Below are positions 1-8,566 of a stretch of DNA of 32,000 bases, one piece after another. The DNA is from Ignicoccus islandicus DSM 13165. Lineage in GTDB: Archaea > Thermoproteota > Thermoprotei_A > Sulfolobales > Ignicoccaceae. The DNA lies in NCBI RefSeq assembly GCF_001481685.1, contig NZ_CP006867.1, forward strand, positions 150,001-182,000. Reading direction: 5' to 3'. The notes under the pieces are model-generated. The model was not told where the DNA came from. It saw nothing but the letters and a program-made list of their open reading frames with translations, and searched no databases. Numbering within the stretch: position 1 is the stretch's first letter; every line of letters starts with the position of its first letter. A program made the position numbers and the translations under genes.

Positions 1-163
1 GTAAGTACGCCCGTCTTTTCGGAAGCACCGATGTTTTTACTAGAAAGGTATCATGTAGTAAGTACTGGAAATAAGGGCAACCTCGCGCAAGTCTCCGTTC
101 AACTAACTTTACCATGGATGAGAATAAATTGGAATACTAGGCGTTTTCGATGAGTAAACGTGG

Positions 164-265
164 TGGGGCCGCCGCCGGGATTTGAACCCGGGACCTCGGG
201 ATCTCCGCGGCCTCTCAGCCGGGCCTCCACAGTCCCGCGCTCTAACCAGCTGAGCTACGGCGGCC
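164..265 (-). tRNA. tRNA-His (anticodon GTG), intron-containing, CCA encoded
   Basis: Minus strand reads G(-1)-GCCGCCG TA GCTC...GAGC G CGGGA CTGTGG [24-nt intron] A TCCCG ... CCGGG TTCAAAT CCCGG CGGCGGC C CCA. G-1:C73, characteristic of tRNA-His, is present. The intron lies between positions 37 and 38 and forms a canonical BHB. Confidence 0.93.
203..226 (-). other. Archaeal tRNA intron (24 nt) in tRNA-His, position 37/38
   Basis: Intron AGGCCCGGCTGAGAGGCCGCGGAG. BHB: exon stem CGGGA/TCCCG, 3-nt bulge AG^A, central 4-bp helix CTGT/GCGG, 3-nt bulge GG^A, distal helix GGCC/GGCC with a 9-nt loop. Confidence 0.88.
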
Positions 266-306
266 AGCTGAGGGCGGCGCCCCATTTACGGGTCTTTCGG
301 AGTAAG

Positions 307-319
307 ATTAAAAAATTTA
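307..319 (-). promoter_or_regulatory. TATA box of tRNA-His
   Basis: Minus strand AAATTTTTTAATC about 42-54 nt upstream of the mature 5' end; resembles the boxes upstream of the other two tRNAs in the window. Confidence 0.5.
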
Positions 320-643
320 GTACCGATCCTCTTCGAAAAGCTGTAATAGAGATATATGAGGTGATGTGTGCGAAACGTTCCCCTAATCCTCTAGATATCC
401 TATGTGTCACTGCGATTCTAGGCTCCGCGTAATATTCAGTCTTGGGGAGCATTGAATTCCATCAGTTCAATAACGGAAACTTTAGGTACTCTCAATGTTT
501 AAGCACAAGGCATTGCGAGGCGTCTCGCTATCTATTTCATGGAAAGTCCTTAGCGAAGGATCGGCGCGCGAGGAAGGGTTACCGGTTCCCTTTTGTTACG
601 CTTTTAACCATGTCAGATGGATTGAGTTGAACGGTAACAGATC

Positions 644-2164
644 TTGAGCCTTAGACTAGGTGGTAAGAAAGGGAGAATGACGTTTCTAGATAAGAGTTCT
701 TCCAAGGCGGGCTTATACTTGTTAGCGATAGTGGTAATAGGTTACTTGATAGCATCTGCTTCTATAGAATACGAGCAAGCTGTTGCCAAGACGTACGTTC
801 TCTCTAGGGGTTCCAGCATCGAAAACGTTGCCGCCTTCGATCAAATCTTGAAGGAGAACAAGTACGTTGCAATAATGTTCAAGAGCACAACGTGTCCAGT
901 CTGCAAGAAAATGTATCCTTACTGGCTCCAATTAGAGGCAATGAGCGATGGAAAGGTAAGATATTACGATGTAACTTTCTCTCCTAGCACGGAGCCCATA
1001 TTTAGGAGGTTTAACATAAACGACGTACCTACCTTCATGGTATTCAAAGACGGGAAGTTGGTTGGAAGACACATAGGAGGGTTCCCTGGGCCAGACGTAG
1101 CTACTCAAATGAAGAACTGGGTGTATTCGCGTCTAGGCCTCACGTCGTCTAAATTGGAAGCGGACTTGATGGAGTTCCAACTGGCTTGCGCCAGCTGCCA
1201 CGGCAGTCCAAAGGAAGTCTCTAAGGAAGCGGTAATTGAATGGATCAACGAGGTTCCCCCGGATCCAACTTCCGCCAAATTGAACGAGATGTTCAGGAAA
1301 GCCTTTGCATCAAATACAACGCTCTTTGAGCTTTACGGTAAGGAGAGAGTAGTTGAAGGCGTTAAGTCAATGAAGACGTTCGTACCGAACCTAGACGAAA
1401 AGGCTTCCGAACGCTACGCAGAGTTCCTTAACGAACTAAGCAAGGTGGCCTTGGGGAGGGAGACCAAAGGAAGCGAGGCCGAATTGAACGCTCCTCTAGA
1501 CGCTGGAGAGGCCAGCAAGTTAGAGGCCTCCGGTCTCCCAGCCAGCGCGCAATTGAGTTCGATACTTTCTTTCGTCGTTGGGTTAGCTACCGGACTAGCG
1601 GCCGCTCTCTCGCCTTGCGTCTTCCCGTTGTTCGTCACTCACGTCACCAGCAGCCTAAGGAGGTCTGAAAGCAACGTTAGCAAGTCCTTGGGATGTGGCG
1701 CGCTGGCGGCCCTAGGAGTGGTTGCGCTAGGCGCGCTATTCCTATTGTTCTCGAACGCCGTTCTAGCCGTTCAAAAAATCCTTCTCCCGGTAGTGGGAGG
1801 CGCTATAGTAATAGCTGGCTTAGCGAGTTTGCTTGACGTACCAATGGAAATTAGCAGCGCCAAGGTAGGCAAGAAGAGCGACTTCGCTTTCTGTGCGCTT
1901 TACGGCTTCCTATCAGTGCAATGTAACTTGCCTCTAGTAATAGGAGCTCTGTTACTAATAGCAACTACAGGTGGAGTAAGTACCTTAGCCGGATTCGCGT
2001 TAGGAATAGGTATACCGCTAGCGGTAACGTCGTACTTAGCGCCTAAGCTGAAGAACGTAGCAATAGTCTTAACTAAGAGGAGTAAGGAAATAGAGTTGAT
2101 TAGCTCTGCGCTAATGGTCATAGCTGGAGTGTACTTGCTCCTCTATAGCTTTTCAGTAATATAA
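644..2164 (+). CDS. Thioredoxin domain + CxxCH motif + CcdA/DsbD-like transmembrane domain protein (start probably ATG at 677)
   Basis: N-terminal TM segment, thioredoxin region with TTCPVCKK and a DVPTF cis-Pro motif, then FQLACASCHG (CxxCH), then a multi-TM domain with LSPCVFPLF and SVQCNLPL cysteines typical of CcdA/DsbD. ATG at 677 is preceded by GGGAGA. Confidence 0.85.
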   Translation: MSLRLGGKKGRMTFLDKSSSKAGLYLLAIVVIGYLIASASIEYEQAVAKTYVLSRGSSIENVAAFDQILKENKYVAIMFKSTTCPVCKKMYPYWLQLEAMSDGKVRYYDVTFSPSTEPIFRRFNINDVPTFMVFKDGKLVGRHIGGFPGPDVATQMKNWVYSRLGLTSSKLEADLMEFQLACASCHGSPKEVSKEAVIEWINEVPPDPTSAKLNEMFRKAFASNTTLFELYGKERVVEGVKSMKTFVPNLDEKASERYAEFLNELSKVALGRETKGSEAELNAPLDAGEASKLEASGLPASAQLSSILSFVVGLATGLAAALSPCVFPLFVTHVTSSLRRSESNVSKSLGCGALAALGVVALGALFLLFSNAVLAVQKILLPVVGGAIVIAGLASLLDVPMEISSAKVGKKSDFAFCALYGFLSVQCNLPLVIGALLLIATTGGVSTLAGFALGIGIPLAVTSYLAPKLKNVAIVLTKRSKEIELISSALMVIAGVYLLLYSFSVI

Positions 2165-2261
2165 CTCCTTTTCAATACTATTCCTTCAAATTTTCTCCCT
2201 GTATAAATTCTTATACAATGTAAAATCCCTTCAGCCGTACGGAGCTCTTAAGTAGTAGAAA

Positions 2262-2340
2262 TGGTGCGGCGGCCGGGATTTGAACCCGGGATCACCGGCT
2301 TGGGAGGCCGGCATCCTAGTCCAGGCTAGACGACCGCCGC
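2262..2340 (-). tRNA. tRNA-Gly (anticodon CCC), CCA encoded
   Basis: Minus strand GCGGCGG TC GTCT...CCGGC CTCCCAA GCCGG TGATC CCGGG TTCAAAT CCCGG CCGCCGC A CCA; full cloverleaf without intron. Confidence 0.93.
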
Positions 2341-2361
2341 CCTTGAAGTCAGGCTTTCCAA

Positions 2362-2375
2362 GGATTAAAAAGCTT
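2362..2375 (-). promoter_or_regulatory. TATA box of tRNA-Gly
   Basis: Minus strand AAGCTTTTTAATCC about 22-35 nt upstream of the tRNA 5' end. Confidence 0.55.
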
Positions 2376-2386
2376 AGACTTGATAG

Positions 2387-3346
2387 CTATCCCCAAATGT
2401 CGTTTGACTCGGATTCTTCATAAGGATTATATTTGTACATTAATATTTTATGTAGATCGTAAGGGCCGTCCGCACCAACTATTATAGCGTATAAGCCCGA
2501 ACTCGTTAGAGGCGTCATCTCAATTGAGGTTATCCTATACTCATTTGCAAATAGTAGCAGTTCATCAGTTATGTCTCTCGATACAATAACGTCGCCATTA
2601 GGTACGTTGAGGACGTAAAACGTTGTTGGCGTTGAGACTACGGCATATCGACAGTCATCGCTCACGCTAGAGTAGTAAACGTCCGAGGCGGTCACCTTCT
2701 TCCATAACATGGTTAGATCGCCATCCGTTTCGACCTCGTAAAGTTCCAGTACGCTATTACCTATTTCATCTTTACCAACCAATAGAATATATTTATCGCA
2801 ATTGGAAATTGATTGAACCTTGAAGTCCAGTCTAAGAACTCCTCTCAGTTCACCCGTCTTCGAGTCGACTATATACAGAGTTCTTTGGTCTTTCCCCACG
2901 AGGTACATTGTACCATTTATGAAAGGTAAGAACGAGTGGGTTGTTACATCTAAGTCTATTTTCAAAGGTGCTTTCCAAACAACGTTCCCAGTCCTACTGT
3001 AAGCTGTGCAATTGTTTACGTTACAGACTACAAATCCGTAGTCGGTAGCAATTATTGTATCGTATTTATCCTTCAGCTCGATTACACCTTTCTTCACTCT
3101 AGAATCTAGTCCGCTTAGTCCATAGACCTCATATATCGTTACCTCATCCTTAAAGAGTTCGTAGCTGTAACCACAACAATAGTCTGTATCCATATCGAAG
3201 TCGCTCGAAGCAATTACGATGTACTTGTGCATGTCCGTCTTTAACTTCGCAACTGTGTAGTCGACGTCGATAGTCTTAGCTAACTCTAGACTGGCAGCCG
3301 AGAGGGCAAAGGCTAAAGCTAAGGCAACTAACGCCGTCCTCACCAC
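2387..3346 (-). CDS. Predicted secreted protein, possibly beta-propeller-like (quinoprotein-type repeats)
   Basis: 319-aa ORF with a signal peptide (MVRTALVALALAFALSAAS) and recurring short beta-like motifs such as LYIVDSKTGELRG and YVLNVPNGDVIVSRD. Confidence 0.65.
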   Translation of the reverse strand: MVRTALVALALAFALSAASLELAKTIDVDYTVAKLKTDMHKYIVIASSDFDMDTDYCCGYSYELFKDEVTIYEVYGLSGLDSRVKKGVIELKDKYDTIIATDYGFVVCNVNNCTAYSRTGNVVWKAPLKIDLDVTTHSFLPFINGTMYLVGKDQRTLYIVDSKTGELRGVLRLDFKVQSISNCDKYILLVGKDEIGNSVLELYEVETDGDLTMLWKKVTASDVYYSSVSDDCRYAVVSTPTTFYVLNVPNGDVIVSRDITDELLLFANEYRITSIEMTPLTSSGLYAIIVGADGPYDLHKILMYKYNPYEESESNDIWG

Positions 3347-3454
3347 TCATCGCCGAATTAAAGGAACGCGCAATTATTCTTTATTTATAGTATGAAACTG
3401 ATCCGTTCGATCAACCTACATCTCGAAGGAGCTTCGATGGTAAAAGACAATTGA

Positions 3455-4645
3455 TCATTTCTTGAAGTCGAACAAGCTCCTATATCTATGTACGGGTGGC
3501 AACTTCGGTCTAGCCTCTCTTTTATAAACTAGCAGGAAGTTGTCCCTAACCGGCTCATACACGTACTTAAAGAAGAGGTTGGGATCGCGGAGCACGTGTT
3601 CGGGAAACAGGGAAACGTATTCGAAGGCCCTGTCCCAAGCTATTTCGAACGGCATACCGGAGTAATCGAACTTCTTAGCTACTTGCTTGAAGAAGTCCTC
3701 CGGTCTCTGAACCTGACCCCCTATCTCGAACCACTTACCGCTTCTCGGGGCCTTGTCCTTCAAGGGGCCCAAGGGCCTCAATTTCTCTATTCGCTCTAGC
3801 TCTTCCTCGCTGTAACCTCTAGGCCTCCTTATCTTACTCGGGTTGTAGTGATACTTCAACCAAGCGTAAAATATTGCTCTATTTAGACCAAAGCTGAGCG
3901 CCTCGAGCACGTCTCCAGAAAGTATGTAGTACCTTACCGCTTGGAGCAATCCCATTACTGGAAACCTGCCCGGGTGTCTCGGGTTAGTTGGTACTTCCTT
4001 TTCGACTGCCTTAACGTAGTCGTTCAAGTCCCCTTCGCAACTATCTATAGCGTCGTCATCGCCGCTTGCCTTGTCTGGAGAAGCCAAGCTCGGAGCGAGC
4101 TCCATTACATTGTCAGACTTAAGTGGCACGTTCACTAAGTTCAAGCTCTTATGCAAACTGTATGGAGCCGATAAGAACTTCGCGATAGGTAAAACTTCAT
4201 AGGGACTGAAGCCGGCATCCTCTACTATTTTTCTCATCAAATAAGATGGAGAAGCTGACTTCAGTTCTCCGTAATTGTAGCACTTCCAACTGACTATAGC
4301 GAAGGCAGATTCGCCGTTATATAAGAACCACGGAACGGCTCCCTTCCTCTTAACCGCCTCTGAGAGCTTGCGCGAAATTAACTTACACGAGTTCTCGTTA
4401 AAGCAGTAATAGCTAGCTATTAGGTCAGATCCCTTAACGTCCCTCAAGCTCTTAGATCCGTATTTGGTAGCGCTTGCCTCGACGCTCCTAGCGGATACCC
4501 TAAGGCCCTCGAGTTCCTCCCAAGAAGTTAAGATCAAGGGTTGACCCATATAGTACCTAATTACTTCGTCCTCTTTCGATAGACCGATCCATCTAAAGAG
4601 CATATGCTCCTTGAGCCTCTCGGTAACTTTAACGAACGGGAACAC
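3455..4645 (-). CDS. Uncharacterised 396-aa protein, downstream partner of an ATPase gene
   Basis: Long ORF collinear with the ATPase ORF at 4694-5539 with a 48-nt gap. No family recognised. Confidence 0.75.
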   Translation of the reverse strand: MFPFVKVTERLKEHMLFRWIGLSKEDEVIRYYMGQPLILTSWEELEGLRVSARSVEASATKYGSKSLRDVKGSDLIASYYCFNENSCKLISRKLSEAVKRKGAVPWFLYNGESAFAIVSWKCYNYGELKSASPSYLMRKIVEDAGFSPYEVLPIAKFLSAPYSLHKSLNLVNVPLKSDNVMELAPSLASPDKASGDDDAIDSCEGDLNDYVKAVEKEVPTNPRHPGRFPVMGLLQAVRYYILSGDVLEALSFGLNRAIFYAWLKYHYNPSKIRRPRGYSEEELERIEKLRPLGPLKDKAPRSGKWFEIGGQVQRPEDFFKQVAKKFDYSGMPFEIAWDRAFEYVSLFPEHVLRDPNLFFKYVYEPVRDNFLLVYKREARPKLPPVHRYRSLFDFKK

Positions 4646-4693
4646 TTAACGCCCTATAAGATCCTATTTGTCCGTGGAGATCAATAAAGTGGG

Positions 4694-5539
4694 TTACCCG
4701 AGTTCTATTACGTTTATCCATTCGCCTAGACCCTTGAGCCTATCGTCCCTGCTCTCCAATACGATGGACTTCATCTCTCCCAAGGGTCCCTTTAATAGCT
4801 CCTTTAAGAAACTCAAGTAATACCTATCTCCCGGTACCTCCTCTATTATCAAGTAGCTGTGGTGGAGCGGAACGTACTCCAGTATCCTCCTCTCCATTTC
4901 CATTGTTGAGAGAGGTTCCCTTAACTTAAACATGCTTGAGAAACACTTGTAGTGCAAGGGAGCGTTCTTGAGCTCGACTTCCGCTAGGCTCCACCTACCC
5001 CTTGGAAGGAAGGCCACGTCGTCGCTACCCTCGAAGAGAGCTTCCAGCAGGAGGTCTTGAGGTAATTGAGATTCCTTTCGAAGGTCTAGCTTCCACGTGC
5101 CTTTGAGCTTTTCCCCAATGCACTTCGTTTCAACAGAGGACCCTTCAGACACTATTCTCAAATTGCATATCCTCCTCACTTCGAATTCGAACGGGTTCCT
5201 TCCCTCCACTCTCAGCTCAGCGTAGGGAAGAGAGAGCGAAACGAAAAGTTGGAACTCTGCCTTCTTCAAGGACGTAACTACGTCTTCCAAGCTTACTTCG
5301 AAATCGCAAGTAACGTTCTCTCCTTTTGAACATGATGAAAACTTCATTAACTCTGCTAGTTCATTAGAGGCCATCGAGATGAAGTGTCCTCTAACGCATC
5401 CTCCTTTAAACATCGACAGAGCTAGGTATAAGTACCTGATCAAAACGCTCTTACCGCTCGCTGGCGGACCGTAAATGACGTTAGTCTTACCTAATTCCAC
5501 TTCCTTCTTAATTATAGGGGACGATACTCTAAACCTCAT
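4694..5539 (-). CDS. P-loop ATPase (AAA/OLD-like)
   Basis: Walker A GPPASGKS at the N-terminus, VAFLPRGRWSL reminiscent of OLD/AAA_15-type ATPases, and Walker B-like YLIIEEV near the C-terminus. Confidence 0.75.
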   Translation of the reverse strand: MRFRVSSPIIKKEVELGKTNVIYGPPASGKSVLIRYLYLALSMFKGGCVRGHFISMASNELAELMKFSSCSKGENVTCDFEVSLEDVVTSLKKAEFQLFVSLSLPYAELRVEGRNPFEFEVRRICNLRIVSEGSSVETKCIGEKLKGTWKLDLRKESQLPQDLLLEALFEGSDDVAFLPRGRWSLAEVELKNAPLHYKCFSSMFKLREPLSTMEMERRILEYVPLHHSYLIIEEVPGDRYYLSFLKELLKGPLGEMKSIVLESRDDRLKGLGEWINVIELG

Positions 5540-5657
5540 TTGCTCCCCCTAATCGTTTACGAGAGGCCGATGAAGAGCGCGTACTTGGCTGAAATGGTGA
5601 TGTGGGGTCACGGGGAGAGGCCAAAAACTAACTAGGGAAGATTCCCCTATATGCCGC

Positions 5658-6170
5658 TTGGGGTTTATTGATATGAGAATTGCTGTAGCAGCTTGTGGGT
5701 GCGATGGTCCGAAGGAACTCGCAAAGGAGGTTGCGGAAGCGGCATCAATTCTTAATTTAGAGCTTGCTCTGGGAGGTTGCTGGGGGCTAATGGGCGAAGT
5801 GGTTAGGGAGGCCTTAGAGAGGGGCGTAAAGGTAAAGGTATTTCTCCCAATAGGAGCCGAATGTCCCTTTCCCGTTGACGTAATAGAAACTAATATGAGT
5901 CCTAACGTGAGGAGCGCTCTCCTCGTTACTTCCTCCAACGGATTACTGGCATTGGGTGGGGGCGCCGGGACGTTAATGGAAGTATTGATGGCTTACAGGG
6001 AAAGGAAACCTGTTGCCCTAATAGAGGGATGGGGCATGGACACCGACCCTTTCTTTAGCTTAATAAAGGAGAGGGGCATCGACTCGAGGAACTTATCGGA
6101 CGTCGCTTCTTTCAATAAGCCTTTAGAAGCGCTTTCTTGGCTCTACGAGAGGTTGAAGTGTAAAATATAG
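5658..6170 (+). CDS. LOG-family / lysine-decarboxylase-like nucleoside monophosphate phosphoribohydrolase-type protein (start probably ATG at 5673)
   Basis: MRIAVAACG...LALGGCWGLMGEVVREAL...LLALGGGAGTLMEVLMAY matches the LOG/TIGR00725 pattern including a GGxGTxxE-like motif. Confidence 0.8.
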   Translation: MGFIDMRIAVAACGCDGPKELAKEVAEAASILNLELALGGCWGLMGEVVREALERGVKVKVFLPIGAECPFPVDVIETNMSPNVRSALLVTSSNGLLALGGGAGTLMEVLMAYRERKPVALIEGWGMDTDPFFSLIKERGIDSRNLSDVASFNKPLEALSWLYERLKCKI

Positions 6171-6200
6171 TGAATTTAATAACGACGTGGAGGTAATGCC

Positions 6201-7334
6201 TTGGAGTTCTCTAATTGGTCGATTCCGGAAGGTATTTCCTTCGATATAGTAATAGCCAAGCTTCCTTTAAAGAGGAAATTCAGGACGAGCTTCGGCGAAG
6301 CCTACGGAACCAGAGTTTTCCTATTGAGTAGGGCTGACGAGTGCATTGGAATTGGCGAGGCCCCTGTAGACCCCTATCCGCTCTATTCCGGCGAGTTCGT
6401 TGAGAGCGTAGTTGAGTTCGCGAAGAAGGTTTTGCCGGAAGTAAAGGCTCAAGATACCGTGTCCGGTATGTACAACGTTTTGAGGAAATATAGGGGAAAC
6501 AATTTCGCTAAGGCAATGATAGAGTATTCGATATTAACGTTAGTCTCTTGCCTAACTAACACCAGCTTGGTTAAAGCAGTTGGTGGAAGACCGTTCGCCT
6601 TACCAGTTCAAGAGAGCATAGGGATAGTGGATTCCGTTGATGAACTCCTTAAGTGGGCAGAAGAGGCGATCTCTTGGGGAGCGAGGAGGCTCAAGGTAAA
6701 GATTGAACCCGGCTGGGACGTGGAACCGGTGAAGGCCCTTTCTAGAGAGTTCCCTGGGGTTCCAATACTCGCTGACGCCAATGGCTCCTTCTCGCCCCTT
6801 AAGGACTCCCATTGGGAGATACTTAGCGAAGTCGCTCAGTACGTTAACTCCATTGAGCAACCCTTCCCTCCCGGCGATTTGGTCAATTCAGCTAAGCTAT
6901 CCTACGAGGAAGCAATTGAAGTAACCTTGGACGAGTCCGTTACTTCTCCGAATAACGTAGTGGAATTAGCTACGTTGAATGAGGAAATGGGCTCCTTCCT
7001 TTCGTTCAACTTGAAGCCTCCCAGGATGGGGGGTTTAATGGAGAGCTTGAAGAGCGTTGAACTAGCCCAGCAGTACGACATTCCTCTATTTATAGGAGGA
7101 AGTTTGGAGACGGCAGTTGGAAGGAGCCTTAACATGGTCGTCGCTTCAACGGTTTCGAAGAACTTGGAACCCTCCGATTTCTCGCCAGATCAGTACTTCT
7201 ATGAAAGATCTTTAGCGAAAGATCCATTTGATATAGAATGTGGTTTCGTGCGTTTGAGAGACGGTATAGGTGTAATGTTCGATATAGATATAGATTACTT
7301 AATGTCGAGGGCAATCGAAAAAATATCTATGTAA
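6201..7334 (+). CDS. Enolase-superfamily enzyme (o-succinylbenzoate synthase / N-acylamino acid racemase / muconate-cycloisomerase-like)
   Basis: Characteristic motifs: RRLKVKIEPGWD (KxK), PILADANGSF, SIEQPF, VTLDES, FNLKPPRMGGL, GGSLETAVGRS. Confidence 0.8.
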   Translation: MEFSNWSIPEGISFDIVIAKLPLKRKFRTSFGEAYGTRVFLLSRADECIGIGEAPVDPYPLYSGEFVESVVEFAKKVLPEVKAQDTVSGMYNVLRKYRGNNFAKAMIEYSILTLVSCLTNTSLVKAVGGRPFALPVQESIGIVDSVDELLKWAEEAISWGARRLKVKIEPGWDVEPVKALSREFPGVPILADANGSFSPLKDSHWEILSEVAQYVNSIEQPFPPGDLVNSAKLSYEEAIEVTLDESVTSPNNVVELATLNEEMGSFLSFNLKPPRMGGLMESLKSVELAQQYDIPLFIGGSLETAVGRSLNMVVASTVSKNLEPSDFSPDQYFYERSLAKDPFDIECGFVRLRDGIGVMFDIDIDYLMSRAIEKISM

Positions 7335-7335
7335 A

Positions 7336-8469
7336 TTACTTAACTTTCAATTCGCCCTTAGCAACAGCAACTGGCTCCAATGGAAGTACCGGAATTAGTT
7401 TCTCTCCGTGTGCAACCAGTTCTAACTTGTAACCCCTTAGGAACCAATCGCCTTGAGCCTCGAACTCGATGCACTCTTGGAACGGTAGCTTACTTACGTA
7501 GACTACTTTCTCCTTAATTACTTGATCCGGTCTGAACGCCAAGTCCTTCTTCGCTCTTAATGACCCTTCCAAGGCAGGAACGCTCTCTGTAGGTACCAGT
7601 TGGGGTACGTAGACGCAGCCAGTTACCTTCTCTCCCTTGTTTACTTCGCTCACACTGGCTCCTCCCTTGTAGTAGACCGCGTACAAGTTCTTAGCAATAT
7701 AGAACTTGAAGAAGTCGTAAACCGGAAGGTAGTAAAGGTCCTTACCTAGTACTTGAACGTACACTCCCCTAAGGAATATAGGGCCTACGCTGTAAGCCTT
7801 GGGAACCTTTACAGTCGTTACAGTTTCATTGCTTACCGTTACGGTCTTCAGCACTAAGTCCTCAAAACTAGCCACGTCAAGCTTAATTGTGGCATTGAGC
7901 GGAGCCCCACATGAGTTAACGAACTTGAAGCTGACTTCGCTACCGGGATAGGCAACAGCTTCATCAGCCTCAATCTTAAAGCAAGATACCAGCTTTCTCA
8001 GCAACTCTTGGTTTACCTCTTTAGGTTCCTTTCCCTTGTTCTTCTCAAGTATTTCATTAAAGGCTCTTTCTGCCTCTTTACCTAGAGACTTCAATTGAGA
8101 GACTAAGTCGGTTGGTTCATTAAAGATCTTTAGTATGCGGAGGTAACCTAGTCTCTCTATTTCAACGCCTTGGCTTCGGAAGTTAACGTAGAGCGCGTAA
8201 GCCTTCAAGCCATCTACGTTACCACCTTCCTTTTCATCGAAATATACCTTTACCTTTACGCAACCGGGCGCTTCAAAAGCGGAGACCTTTCCTATGCCCT
8301 CTGCTATTACTTCAACCGTCCCTTCGTTCTCCACACATAGCTTCAGAGAATACGAGGGTTTGTCGTCTATTAGAAACTTTATTGGTTTGCCTTCATAGGT
8401 CCAAGTAACGTTCACAACCGTTGCAAACACCATTGAAATTAGGGCTAGTAATAGTAAGCTCGTTCTCAA
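7336..8469 (-). CDS. Predicted secreted/periplasmic protein, unknown function
   Basis: 377-aa ORF with a signal peptide (MRTSLLLLALISMVFATV) and beta-rich, cysteine-containing sequence. Confidence 0.65.
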   Translation of the reverse strand: MRTSLLLLALISMVFATVVNVTWTYEGKPIKFLIDDKPSYSLKLCVENEGTVEVIAEGIGKVSAFEAPGCVKVKVYFDEKEGGNVDGLKAYALYVNFRSQGVEIERLGYLRILKIFNEPTDLVSQLKSLGKEAERAFNEILEKNKGKEPKEVNQELLRKLVSCFKIEADEAVAYPGSEVSFKFVNSCGAPLNATIKLDVASFEDLVLKTVTVSNETVTTVKVPKAYSVGPIFLRGVYVQVLGKDLYYLPVYDFFKFYIAKNLYAVYYKGGASVSEVNKGEKVTGCVYVPQLVPTESVPALEGSLRAKKDLAFRPDQVIKEKVVYVSKLPFQECIEFEAQGDWFLRGYKLELVAHGEKLIPVLPLEPVAVAKGELKVK

Positions 8470-8566
8470 TCCGTATTACCTCCTTTAAAATCGAATTACG
8501 AGTGAGTCTTTAAGTCAATATTCATAGTTAAATGGCCTCCGAACCCACTTCCATTGGTATTGAGTA

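Noticed and set aside
160-432. 90-aa plus-strand ORF (MVGPPPGFEPGTSGSPRPLSRA...)
   Set aside because: It is the antisense translation of the tRNA-His gene (the GFEPGT pattern is a classic artefact of the T-arm).
442-630. 62-aa ORF between tRNA-His and the thioredoxin/CcdA gene
   Set aside because: No hydrophobic, domain or repeat signal and no good ribosome-binding site; it is probably intergenic.
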